Shown one piece after another: positions 40,318 through 53,380 of a stretch of 55,220 nucleotides of DNA. The stretch covers positions 1-55,220 of the forward strand of contig NW_021835289.1 in NCBI RefSeq assembly GCF_006345805.1, in the 5' to 3' direction. Origin of the DNA: Octopus sinensis. Its lineage: Eukaryota. The notes under the pieces were generated by a model. That model had not been told where the DNA came from, made no database searches, and saw only the letters and a list, made by a program, of their open reading frames with translations. The position numbers and the translations under genes were made by a program. The number at the start of each line of letters is the position of its first letter. The first letter of the stretch is position 1.

Positions 40318-40519
40318 TAAGGCGGCGAGTTGGCAAAAATGTTAGCACGCCAGGAAAAGTGTTTAGTGGCATTTCGTCCGTATCTTCAATTTCCGCCAAG
40401 ATCGACTTTGCCTTTCATCCTTCCGGGATCGATAAATTAAGTACCAGTTGCGTACTGGCGTCGATCAAATCGAATTATCCCTCCCACAAAATTTCAGACC
40501 TAGTTCCTACAATAGAAAA

Positions 40520-40520
<1 letters not shown>
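40318..40520 (+). mobile_element. Family F SINE
   Basis: taaggcggcgagttggca... with (ATT)n on both sides. Confidence 0.8.
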
Positions 40521-40565
<45 letters not shown>

Positions 40566-41116
40566 GAGTGAGAGAGCAGTGCATGCCATCAAAGTGACAC
40601 TGGGGTAAAATATACGAAGCCCAATATACCCATCATGACTACCCGTCTGATAAAGGTACACCAGGCACATGCATCACAACCATATGTGCGCGACATGGTG
40701 ATCTCATATCAAGATAAACAGCACATGACCTTGCAGGTGGGGCCCAGTTAGAATTTTCTTCAGGTTGAGTAGCCCATCCCGCTCAAACGGTCCCTGAATA
40801 AGGGTTGTTTAAGGATGTTGAAAGAACCACCCATGTTTCCAGAGGTGAACTATTCAAACCCCAAAGAATCCCTCTCAACACATGGCTATGATCTCCCCAC
40901 TACTTCGCTCGTGATCAGAGATGCACATATCGTCAGCCACTAAGGGACATGCTCAACTGGTTAAGGTCAAACAACTGACAAGCAAATCTGTGGTATTGAG
41001 CAGAATATTTGCTGTAGCCCATCTTTTATACCAAGACAAAACAATGTACATGATAACACTTCCAATCAGTTAAGATCAGAAGCCATGAGAGCCACTGCCT
41101 GGTACTTCATCAGGGC

Positions 41117-41120
<4 letters not shown>
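40566..41120 (-). mobile_element. Family E element, longest copy (555 bp)
   Basis: Minus strand aaatgccctgatgaagtaccaggcagtgg...ctctctcactc; (ATT)n on both sides. Confidence 0.9.
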
Positions 41121-41161
<41 letters not shown>

Positions 41162-41230
41162 TATCATTATTATTATTATTATTATCATCATTATTATTGT
41201 TATTGTTGTTGTTGTTGTTGTTGTTATCAT

Positions 41231-41446
41231 TAAGGCGGCCAGCTGGCAGAAACGGTAGCACGCCAGGCGACGTGTTCAGCGGCATTTCGTCCGTGTCTTT
41301 ACGTTGTAATTTCAAATTCCGCCGAGGTCGACTTTGCCTTTCATCCTTTCCAGGTCGATAAATTAAGTACCAGTCAAGTACTTGGGTCGATTTCGCCGAC
41401 TTAACCCCTCCCCCCAAATTTCTGCCCTTGTGGCAAAATTTGAAAC

Positions 41447-41447
<1 letters not shown>
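41231..41447 (+). mobile_element. Family F SINE
   Basis: Head with ttcaaattccgccgaggtcgactttgcc; (ATT)n tail. Confidence 0.85.
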
Positions 41448-41477
<30 letters not shown>

Positions 41478-41689
41478 GTTGTTGTTTCAACTTGACCATT
41501 GACACTCTACTTCACCGTATCTCCTAAACTCATTTATTGTTCAGTTCTAATAGGCGCTGGGGTTGGAGGACTTGGATTAGATTTGTAGTTCTTGTTCTAT
41601 ACAGTTATTTATTATTTTTTCCTCTTTTACTAACACACCACCTCAAATCAAATCAACTGCTGAAACAAATGCATCTCAAATACACAGAC

Positions 41690-41723
<34 letters not shown>

Positions 41724-41889
41724 ATGCACACATACACATACACACACACACACACATTTTCTCTCTCTCTCTCTCACACACTCATCTCACAAACAGATGT
41801 ATAGATATATGTATACATACACACGTTTATACACACATAGATATACATGTATATATATATATATATTCATATATATTCATTTATACATG

Positions 41890-41957
<68 letters not shown>

Positions 41958-42659
41958 ATATGTATATATATGCATTATCTATATATATGCATTATCTATA
42001 TGTATGCATTATCTATATGTGCATATGTAGTATGTTTGTATATGCAGCGTATTTATTTACAAGTTTCACATTTATATGGTAGAAGAGAAACGAGATGTGA
42101 CAATAGAAGCTGTTACAGTTATTGGTTAGATAGACGCTGTTGTCAGATCGCCATTAATAATATTAGCGTCTATGTAAAATATATGAATGAGGTTGTCTCA
42201 CAAGCATCGTAGCTGTCCGAGTAGGTACGATGGTGGTTTATTAGTGGAAGGGGCTGTTAGTTCCTAACCTCCGTCGACACTGTGTTGATCATACGGGCGA
42301 AGAATTGAACTCTCGATGGCGGCGGTTTATATGTAAGTGCATATCACTACTCGGCTGGAAATAACAAAAATGAAAGTATACATAAGTAATATATATATAT
42401 ATATACATATACATACATATACGTGTGTGTGTTTCTGTGCGTATAATGAAATAAAACAGGTATAGATTTAACCCATTGCCGGCCTCTGTAGTATCCAAAA
42501 AGAAACTACAAGAAATTTTTTAATTGCTTCTTTCCCTATATTTAATGTAAAGTGTATGCTCGATACTAAAATGGATATTTTCTCTAGTCTCTCTCTCTCT
42601 ATCTCTATCTCTCTCCATGTATATATATACATGCATAAATACATACATACCTCCCAGTT

Positions 42660-43585
42660 TAAACAATATGTGTTTGCAATCCAAGAAGAGGAAAATACCA
42701 ACCAAATACCTTATACACAAAAGGGATAGAGATGCAGGAAAAGCAGTAAAATGTGACAACCGATGCAGACTTTGTGGAGTTAACACCGAAAATGTCACAT
42801 ACATCATAAGCAGTTATCCGAAAATGTTATCACGGTATTGTCTACCGATTAGACATGATGTTGTAGCTAGGATGCTGTATAACGAGATCCGTTGAAAGGA
42901 TAATCTCAAGGACAAAGGAAGAAGAACCCACAGTATGGTAGAAGCCATAGCCACTCATAATAAAAAGGAGTACAGGTGGAATGTCCCAGTGAAAACCTCA
43001 ATAAAATGTGAGCACCACATAACTGATATAAGGATTTGGAAAAGAGAAGAGAAACTGTGTACAGTTGTGGAAATCAACCGTCCAGCGGTTGTTAACATAA
43101 AGCTGAAGATCAGTAAGAAAGAGAACACCTACGATGAACTACTGAGAAATTTGTAGTTACTCTATCCAGCTAACAAGTTCAGGTTTATACCTGTAATTAT
43201 TGGGGCACTGGGATATGTAACACATTGTCAATCTTGAGTAATTAGGCTTCTTGAGTAATTAGGCTGCTCAAAACCAGAAAGGAGAAGGCTTGTTCGAAGA
43301 CTACAAATCCAATACACCATTGGAACTGTAAAAATCTGTAAAACTTACCAAAAGTTTATCATTTAAGTTTATATGAGTATTTTTAGATATGCAACTCTAT
43401 GCATGAGAATACATACATAAAACAAAACAAACAAATCTGCATGCATACAAACATACAAACATACATACATACATACAAAAAACTCTGTTGATGTTGTTGA
43501 AAAACCAATGAAGGAGCACTGGATCTAGGTTAGAAACCGGCTCTTTCTCTGTTGGAGAGAAATCTTGAAATAGAACTGAATAATG
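42660..43585 (+). pseudogene. RLE-type (R4-like) LINE 3' fragment, another family
   Basis: YVFAIQEE...CRLCGVNTENVTYIISS...RHDVVA...WNVPV...VVEI...FIPVIIGALG, then a probable 3' UTR. Confidence 0.75.
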
Positions 43586-43926
43586 ACTTACGTACATGCA
43601 TACATACATACATATAACCTTTAGGTTTGTTAAAGTTCACAAACATACATACATGCATACAGACCTCCATGTACATATGTAGAAATGTGTATATATGTAT
43701 GTATGTATGTGTGCATGCATGTATATATTTATGTATGTATGCATGCCGTGAAATGGAACCGAACCCGAAACCATGCGCGTGCAAACTGAACTTCTTAACC
43801 AAACGGTCATACCTGAACTAGAAAACTTCCTACAGCTCATTCAACCTTTCATTTATCAGTTTCTCTATTTCTCTCTGCTTTTTATATCATTACTCTATTG
43901 AGCTCTGTTCGTCTTTCAAAATAACG

Positions 43927-44128
43927 ATTTCTAATTTTGGCACACAATTTTGGCGGAGGGTGTAAGTCCATTGCATTGACCCCAATGTTAAACTGGCACT
44001 TATTTCAACCCTAAAGGATGAAAGGTAAAGTCGATCTTGGTGGAGTTTGAACTCAAAACGTGTAGACAGACGAAATACCGCTAAGCATTTCGCCCGGTGT
44101 TCTAACGATTCTGCCAGTTCGTCGCCGT
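43927..44128 (-). mobile_element. Family F SINE
   Basis: Minus strand ggcgacgaactggcagaatcgttagaacacc...gagttcaaactcc. Confidence 0.8.
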
Positions 44129-44324
44129 ACTTGCTTGCAAAATACTAGCTCTCTCTTCTTATGATTCCCACCTTATATACCCATCTCTTCCTTCATCTCC
44201 ACACTGTATTAACGACTTTATCCAATCGTTATTCACCAGAACGCCATGCCACTGAAATATACTCCTCAACTCGGTATTCAAACTAAACATAGACCTAACT
44301 GGATTCAGCAGAAGATATGCTGGT

Positions 44325-45082
44325 GTGAAGGCGATGGATGCTGTCTCGAATCTCGCCAGAGTATTAGAGTCTGTTGTGACTGTAAAAAACATTAGTTTTA
44401 ATCTTACCTTACCGGTGTAGGAATGGCTGCCATGAATGTCAACGTCACATGCCGTAATTTCACCACATTTTTTGGGGCCTGCAACGAAAGTCAAGGACAC
44501 TGGCTCCGATCCCATCTGTATGTGAGTGTCTGCCATAAATGTCAAGGTTAACGGCTCTAATGTCACTAGACTTTTGAGGCCTCCTTCGAATGTCAATGAA
44601 CAATGGCACCAATATTATCTGTATGTGAATGTCTGCATAATTTCACTAGTCTTGTGGGGTCTGTTACAAATGTCAAGGACATCAGCTCTGATTTCACTAG
44701 CGTGGGAAAATTTGCTCTGAATGTCAAGGTCATTGTCTCAATAATCTTACCAAACTTGTTGTGTCTGCTATGAATGTCAAGGTCGTTCTTTCTAATTTCA
44801 TCAAATGTGGGAAGGCTTTTTTATGAATGTCAATAACACTATTTCTAATCCTGTTCGATATGCAGGTTCTACTGTGAAAGTGATGAAGACTAACTTTAAT
44901 CTCACCAATGAATGTCAAGGTCACTTGCTCTACTCTCATAAGATTTGGCGGATCTGCTGTGAATGTCAAGGTTGATATTTAATCTTAACCACATTGGAAA
45001 GTGTTTGTGAATTTCAAGGACCCTTGATATATCTCTAATATCATCAAACATCCACGTTCTGCTGTGAATTGTCAAGAACATT
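44325..45082 (-). repeat. Degenerate ~51-bp periodic array (about 15 units), conserved core tgaatgtcaagg
   Basis: Cores start at 44433, 44485, 44536, 44587, 44667, 44718, 44771, 44824, 44875, 44909, 44960, 45008 and 45065. Confidence 0.85.
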
Positions 45083-45169
45083 GACCGGCTGGATGCTCCC
45101 AGTGAAGGCTACGTACACGGTTTCGAATTTCGTCAGCATTTCAGGTACTTGTGTACAGATCTTAAACAA

Positions 45170-45724
45170 GGCGTAGGAGTGTCTGTGTGGTAAGTAGCTT
45201 GCTTAGCAACCACATGGTTCCGAGGTTCAGTCCCACTGCGTGGAACCATGGGCAAGTGTCTTCTACTATAGTCTAGGGCCGATCAAAGTTTTGTGAGTGG
45301 ATTTGGTAGACGGAAACTGAAAAAAGCTCGTTGTATATATATATGTATATGTACATATATATAATGATAAATCTCAGAGCGAGTTATAAACAGTAGCGGT
45401 AACACAACGTGATGCATATATGCCATTTGAATATGGCTAACCCAAAAGGGTGGATGCTACTGTAGTTTGTAGCCCCAGGAAGACACCTCCTCCCGCTGGC
45501 TATAGACACACTATCTGTGTCCTGTCAGGACACAGAGGACACAGATAGTGTGTCTCTAGCCAGCGGGAGGAGGTGTCTTTCTGGGGCTACAAACTACAGT
45601 AGCATCCACCCTTTTGGGTTAGCCATATTCAAATGGCATATATGCATTACATATATATATATAATTAATATATATATATATATAATATATATATGTTATG
45701 TATGTATGTATGTGTGTGTGTGTG

Positions 45725-45755
<31 letters not shown>

Positions 45756-45960
45756 CTTGTGTGTCTGTGTTTGTACCCCCAAAATATCTTGACAACCGAT
45801 GCAGGTGTGTTTACGTCCCCGTAACCTAGCAGTTCGCAAAAAGAGATCGATAGAATAGGTACTAGGCTTACAAAGGATAATTCCTGGGGTCGATTTGCTC
45901 GACTAAAAGGCGGTGATCCAGCATGGCCGCAGTCAAATGACTGAGACAAGTAAAAGAGTA
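45170..45960 (+). mobile_element. Family A SINE interrupted by a palindromic insert
   Basis: Head at 45170-45340, 3' half at 45750-45960, with the palindrome in the internal microsatellite. Confidence 0.85.
45412..45647. repeat. Near-perfect palindrome, 112-bp arms, 12-bp spacer
   Basis: 45412-45523 versus 45536-45647: two substitutions, no indels. Confidence 0.95.
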
Positions 45961-46715
45961 ACGCTGCCTCTGATCTTCTCCATGTTTGGAGGTTCTGCTG
46001 CGAATGCCAAAAGACACTGCCTCTTTCTTCTAAACCAAAAAAAACAAACACCATCAGCAATAACAAGGAAACTTGAAGGCGCCATGCCTAGTAAAATAAC
46101 AACATCAACAACAACAACAACAATAGTAACAGCAGCAAAAACAACAATTAAAAGAACAACAATCACATCAGAGGAGGGATTAGTTACAAATCTTCGCGGT
46201 AAGACAATTTGGTGCCCATTCAGAAAACTATGAAGTTGTTGTGTTGGTCAATAGAGATTAGATTAGATGAGAATGAAAAACAAAAACCACAAAAAACAAA
46301 GAAAATAAGGAAACAAAGCAAAGCAACAATAACAGCGAATGCCTTCCCTGTCTTTATTTTGTTTCATTCTTTGTGTCTATGTCTGTCTGTCTGTCACTTA
46401 CCTTTCTGACACGCACTGTCATGCACACAAACACAGATATACACACACACACACATATGTGAGTAGGATGGAGAAAGAGAGACAGAAGGAGAGAAGGAGA
46501 GAGAGAGAGAGAGAAAGAGAGAGAAGAGAGATTAAAGGGAAACAAGTAGAAAGTCTGAGAGCATTTCATATAATGGTCACCATTATTCTTGGCATCATCA
46601 CTGTGGCATTGTTAAAAATAAAATAAAAGGAACTATTATCTCAATTAGGGTGTAGCTTCGATTCGACCCACTTCCCTCTATATATGTTATACGTATGCTT
46701 ATACATGTATATTAT

Positions 46716-46782
<67 letters not shown>

Positions 46783-47001
46783 TCTCCATAATAGACATTA
46801 TGTGTCAGAAAAGAGAATTGTTCATAAGGAGATGTTTTTTTTTTAAATTCTAAAACTCATTTCAAATGTTGAAGAGACACCACACCCAATATGGAAGTAA
46901 AAGAAGAAAGACAAAACGATAAAAAAAACAACAACCACACAAACGCATGAACCCAAAATAGAAATAAAGAACATAAATAAATAAATACATAAATTAAAAA
47001 T

Positions 47002-47035
<34 letters not shown>

Positions 47036-47582
47036 GAAGGAAGACAGAAAGAAAGAAAGGAAGAAAGGAATGAGATGGGAAAACATTTGGAAGTAATTTA
47101 GTAAATGCAATATTTCAATTTGAACTTTAGGATACTGGAATCAGTCACATTGAGAGGGTCTCCATTCTTTGAGCAGAATAGATTTTCTTTCAAGGAGGAA
47201 ACATATAACACTCTAATAGTCCTCGATAATTCTCGTGTAATTCAGGAATCCCAGCTGAGAGCAGTTAAAAATAAATAACTCAGTTAACGTATAATAATTT
47301 CTGCGTTTTTGTTTTATATATTGTTTGTTTTTTCTTTTGCTCGCTGTGTGACTTAATTTAGATTTTTTGACACCAAATATTCTCTCCACCTTAAAGCACT
47401 TTAAAATGAAGTTACGGTATATACTACACACAACATACACACACACATTTATTTACATGCATGCATACACCACAAGCACTGGCACACACACACACACACA
47501 CACAACGTATGTATGTATGTGTGTGTATATATATATATATATTATATAGATATATATAGTATGTAGTATGTGTGTGTGTGTG

Positions 47583-47613
<31 letters not shown>

Positions 47614-48360
47614 CTTGTGTGTCTGTGTTTGTACCCCCAAAATAGCTTGACAACCGATGCAGGTGTGTTTACGTCCCCGTAACCTAGCAGTTCGCAAAAA
47701 GAGATCGATAGAATAGGTACTAGGCTTACAAAGGATAATTCCGGGGTTTCGATTTGCTCGAACTAAAAGGCGGTGATCCAGCATGGCCGCAGTCAAATGA
47801 CTGAGACAAGTAAAAGAGTAACGCTGCCTCTGATCTTCACCATGTTTGGAGGTTCTGCTGCGAATGCCAAAAGACACTGCCTCTTTCTTCTAAACCAAAA
47901 AAAACAAACCACCATCAGCAATAACAAGGAAACTTGAAGGCGCCATGCCTAGTAAAATAACAACATCAACAACACAACAACAACAATAGTAACAGCAGCA
48001 AAAACAACAATTAAAAGAACCACAATCACATCAGAGGAGGGATTAGTTACAAATCTTCGCGGTAAGACAATTGGTGCCCATTCAGAAAACTATGAAGTTG
48101 TTGTGTTGGTCAATAGAGATTAGATTAGATGAGAAGAAAAACAAAAACCACAAAAAACAAAGAAAATAAGGAAGGAAAAAGCAAAGCAGCAACAATAACA
48201 GCGATGCCTTCCCTGTCTTTATTTTGTTTCATTCTTGTGTCTATGTCTGTCTGTCGTCTGTCACTTACCTTCTGACACGCACTGTCATGCACAAAAACAG
48301 ATACACACACACACACACACATATGTGAGTAGGATGGAGAAGAGAGACAGAAGGAGAAGA

Positions 48361-48394
<34 letters not shown>

Positions 48395-48591
48395 AAGAGA
48401 TTAAAGGGAAACAAGTAGAAAGTCTGAGAGCATTTCATATAATGGTCACCATTATTCTTGGCATCATCACTGTGGCATTGTTAAAAATAAAATTAAAAGG
48501 AAATTATTCTCAATTAGGGTGTAGCTTCGATTCGACCCACTTCCCTCTATATATGTTATACGTATGCTTATAATACATGTATAATTATATA

Positions 48592-48639
<48 letters not shown>

Positions 48640-49574
48640 GTCTCCATAATAGACATTATGTGTCAGAAAAGAGAATTGTTCATAAGGAGATGGTTTTTTT
48701 GTAAATTCTAAAACTCATTTCAAATGTTGAAGAGACAACACACCCAATATGGAAGTAAAAGAAGAAAGACAAAACGATAAAAAAAAACAACAACCACACA
48801 AACGCATGAACCCAAAATAGAAATAAAGAACATAAATAAATAAATACATAAATTAAAAATAGAAAGAAAGAAAGAAAGAAAAGAAAAAGAAGAAGAAAGA
48901 AGGAGGAGGAAGGAAGACAGAAAGAAAGAAAGGAAGAAAGGAATGAGATGGGAAAACATTTGGAAGTAATTTAGTAAATGCAATATTTCAATTTGAACTT
49001 TAGGATACTGGAATCAGTCACATTGAGAGGGTCTCCATTCTTTGAGAGCAGAATAGATTTTCTTTCAAGGAGGAAACATATAACACTCTAATAGTCCTCG
49101 ATAATTCTCGTGTAATTCAGGAATCCCAGCTGAGAGCAGTTAAAAATAAATAACTCAGTTAACGTATAATAATTTCTGCGTTTTTGTTTTATATATTGTT
49201 TGTTTTTTTCTTTTGCTCGCTGTGTGACTTAATTTAGATTTTTTGACACCAAATATTCTCTCCACCTTAAAGCACTTTAAAATGAAGTTACGGTATATAC
49301 TACACACACACATACACACACACATTTATTTACATGCATGCATACACACAAGCACTGGCACACACACACACACACACACAACGTATGTATGTATGTGTGT
49401 GTATATATATATATATATTTATACAGATGCGCATCCGTATATAAAGGCGCATATAGATACACATATATACTTTTAACTTCATTACAGCTCGTATATTCTT
49501 AACTTCAAAATTACCATCTTAAGTTTCATTACAATTTTCAGATATATATGTATGTCTCGCTCTCTCTCTCTCCA

Positions 49575-49712
<138 letters not shown>

Positions 49713-50640
49713 CAATGTCTCCATAATAGACATTATGTGTCAGAAAAGAGAATTGTTCATAAGGAGATGGTTTTTTTTTTAAATTCTAAAACTCATTTCA
49801 AATGTTGAAGAGGACACCACACCCAATATGGAAGTAAAAGAAGAAAGACAAAACGATAAAAAAAACAACAACCACACACAACGCATGAACCCAAAATAGA
49901 AATAGAAGAAACATAAATAAATAAATACATAAATTAAAAAGAAAGAGAAGAAAGAAAGAAAGAAGGAAGGAAGACAGAAAGAAAGAAAGGAAGAAAGGAA
50001 TGAGATGGAAAAACATTTGGAAGTAATTTAAGTAAATGCAATATTTCAATTTGAACTTTAGGATACTGGAATCAGTCACATTGAGAGGGTCTCCATTCTT
50101 TGAGCAGAATAGATTTTCTTTCAAGGAGGAAACATAAACCACTCTAATAGTCCTCGATAATTCCGTGTAATTCAGGAATCCCAGCTGAGAGCAGTTAAAA
50201 ATAAATAACTCAGTTAACGTATAATAATTTCTGCGTTTTTGTTTTATATATGTTTGTTTTTTTTCTTTTGCTCGCTGTGTGACGTAATTTAGTTTTTGAC
50301 ACCAAATATTCTCTCCACCGTAAAGCACTTTAAAATGAAGTTACGGTATATACTACACACACAATACACACACACATTTATTTACATGCTGCATACACAC
50401 AAGCACTGGCACACACACACACACACACACACACGTATTATGTTATGTGTGTTGTATAATATATAATATATTTATACAGATGCGCATCCGTATATAAAGG
50501 GGCATATAGATACACATATATACTTTTAACTTATTACAGCTCGTATATTCTTAACTTCAAAATACCTCTTAAGTTTCATTCAATTTTCAGATATATTATG
50601 TGTATGTCTCTCGCTCTCTCTCTCTCTCCATCTGTCTGTC

Positions 50641-50685
<45 letters not shown>

Positions 50686-50843
50686 TCCTCTCTCTCTCTA
50701 TATCGATATATATATATATATATCTAACTGTCTGGATGTTTTGCGTTCCTGTCCCATGTTTGTATATATAATATATATAATAATATAAATAGTATGTATG
50801 TATGTATGTATGTATGTATATGTTTGTATGTATGTATGTATGT

Positions 50844-50879
<36 letters not shown>

Positions 50880-50972
50880 ATATAGTATTTTATCTTTATT
50901 AGAACTTTATATATTTCTTAGTCAGGAATACTATCTAAAGTTTTTTGGGGGTTTACTCTCTCTCTCTCTCTG

Positions 50973-51037
<65 letters not shown>

Positions 51038-51363
51038 ACCTACTTATCTATCTATCTATCTTTCTATTTTTTTAATTTAGGGAAATTCTAATTTTGTTTC
51101 ATATCTTTAAGAGACAATCTCTCTTTGACATTAATGATCAGCGATAACAACCCTCAACCAAACAAATATAACAAGAGAGAAAAAAAGGAAAAATAAAAAC
51201 ACGGAAAAAATTACGAAACAAATAAAAAGGACTGAAAAGTTGTTTATGTCGTTGCTCTATTTTTAATTGGTCCTAGATTAGTAATGATTTGAGCATACTA
51301 ATGTTTAAAGGAATTCAAACTGATTATTCAGTCTTTGTTTTAGGTATAAATGTAGCAAGAAAT

Positions 51364-51668
51364 GAGAGCGCATGGCTTAATGGTTAGTGTGTTTGGCATT
51401 CGATTATAAAGTCATGTATTCGATTCGTATCGGCGCGTTTTGTTCTTGAGCAACACACTTTGTGTCACTTTGCTCCAGTTCACTCAGTTGGCAAAAATGG
51501 GTAGTACGTGTATTTCAACGGGCCAGTCATTTTACTTTCTGTGTTACGCTGAATTTCACCTAGCACTACGTTAACTGTACGCGTGTCTGTGAAATACTCA
51601 GTCAGTTGCACATTAATTTCAAGAGCGGGCTGTCTCGTTGATCGGAACCCTTGTCATCGTAGCCGACG
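51364..51668 (+). mobile_element. SINE with B-type head and type-2 tail
   Basis: gagagcgcatggcttaatggttag...ttcttgagcaacacacttt...tgtatttcaacgggccag...gtcatcgtagccgacg. Confidence 0.7.
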
Positions 51669-51704
51669 TTGAATTTGGTTTCAAAGGTAGCCAGACTGCA
51701 TGTG

Positions 51705-51774
<70 letters not shown>

Positions 51775-51951
51775 TATAATATATATATATATATTTATAC
51801 AGATGCGCATCCGTATATAAAGGCGCATATAGATACACATATTATACTTTTAACTCATTACAGCTCGTATATTCTTAACTTCAAAATACCATCTTAAGTT
51901 TCATTTACATTTTCAGATATATATGTATGTCTCGCTCTCTCTCTCTCCATA

Positions 51952-52030
<79 letters not shown>

Positions 52031-52158
52031 CTAAATGGTGGAGTTTGCGTTCCTGTCCCATGTTGTATATATATTATATATATAATATATATATATAGAT
52101 GTATGTATGTATGTATGTATGTATGTATGTATGTATGTTTGTATGTATGTATGTATGT

Positions 52159-52194
<36 letters not shown>

Positions 52195-52352
52195 ATATAG
52201 TATTTTATCTTTATTAGAACTTTATATATTTCTTAGTCAGGAATACTATCTAAAGTTTTTTGGGGGGTTTACTCTCTCTCTCCTCTCTCTCTCTCTCTCT
52301 GTCTATCTATCTACATTTACTATCTATCTATCTATCTATTCATCTATCTATA

Positions 52353-52390
<38 letters not shown>

Positions 52391-52713
52391 CCTACTTATC
52401 TATCTATCTATCTTCTATTTTTTAATTTAGGGAAATTCTAATTTTGTTTCATATCTTAAGAGACAATCTCTCTTGACATTAATGATCAGCGATAACAACC
52501 CTCAACCAAACAATATAACAAGAGAGAAAAAAAGGAAAAATAAAACACACGGAAAAAATTACGAAACAAATAAAAGGACTGAAAAGTTGTTTATGTCGTT
52601 GCTCTATTTTTAATTGGTCCTAGATTAGTAATGATTGTTTGAGCATACTAATGTTTAAAGGAATTCAAACTGATTATTCAGTCTTTGTTTTAGGTATAAA
52701 TGTAGCAAGAAAT

Positions 52714-53019
52714 GAGAGCGCATGGCTTAATGGTTAGTGTGTTTGGCACATTCGATTAAAAGTCATGTATTCGATTCGTATCGGCGCGCGTTTGTTCTTG
52801 AGCAACACACGTTGTGTCACTTTGCTCCAGTTCACTCAGTTGGCAAAAATGGGTAGTACGTGTATTTCAACGGGCCAGTCATTTTACTTTCTGTGTTACG
52901 CTGAATTTCACCTAGCACTACGTTAACTGTACGCGTGTCTGTGAAATACTCAGTCAGTTGCACATTAATTTCAAGAGCGGGCTGTCTCGTTGATCGAACC
53001 CTTGTCATCGTAGCCGACG
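52714..53019 (+). mobile_element. Duplicate of the 51364 SINE (inside duplicated block Y)
   Basis: Near-identical to 51364-51668. Confidence 0.7.
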
Positions 53020-53050
53020 TTGAATTTGGTTTCAAAGGTAGCCAGACTGC

Positions 53051-53144
<94 letters not shown>

Positions 53145-53194
53145 TTATTTACATTATTTATATTCGACGGATATTTGTCCTCATTTTGGTTGTT

Positions 53195-53238
53195 AACAAC
53201 GTTTCGGCTAATATACCCCCTAGGCTTCATCAGGTGTC
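53195..53238 (-). ncRNA. Penelope-type minimal hammerhead ribozyme, degenerate
   Basis: gacac-CTGATGA-a-gccta(ggggg tatat)tagcc-GAAACGTT-gtt: core boxes, palindromic ACGT stem III, one mismatch in stem II, weakened stem I. Confidence 0.6.
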
Positions 53239-53278
53239 TTGGGGGAAATTTCGAACTTGGGTTCTCATTCCTAAGGTA

Positions 53279-53308
<30 letters not shown>

Positions 53309-53311
<3 letters not shown>

Positions 53312-53380
53312 AGTCACTGCCTGGAATCGAACTGGGTTAGTAGCCCGTGCTCTTAACCACTACGCCATATACCCATGGGC
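53309..53380 (-). other. Short tRNA-like sequence followed by (AAT)n
   Basis: tggcgtagtggttaagagcacgggctactaacccagttcgattcc has A and B boxes but lacks the variable arm and part of the T stem; not a functional tRNA. Confidence 0.6.

Noticed and set aside
41060-41095. Slight resemblance of family E (atcagttaagatcag) to U2 snRNA
   Set aside because: Match is too short and gapped, with no Sm site or other U2 segments.
42215-42360. Short inverted ccgagtag/ctactcgg ends suggesting a MITE
   Set aside because: Only 8 bp of clear complementarity, no TSD and no second copy in the window.
44325-45082. CRISPR-like repeat-spacer appearance
   Set aside because: Eukaryotic context, the core is only ~12-14 bp and degenerate, spacers are homologous to each other, and there are no cas genes.
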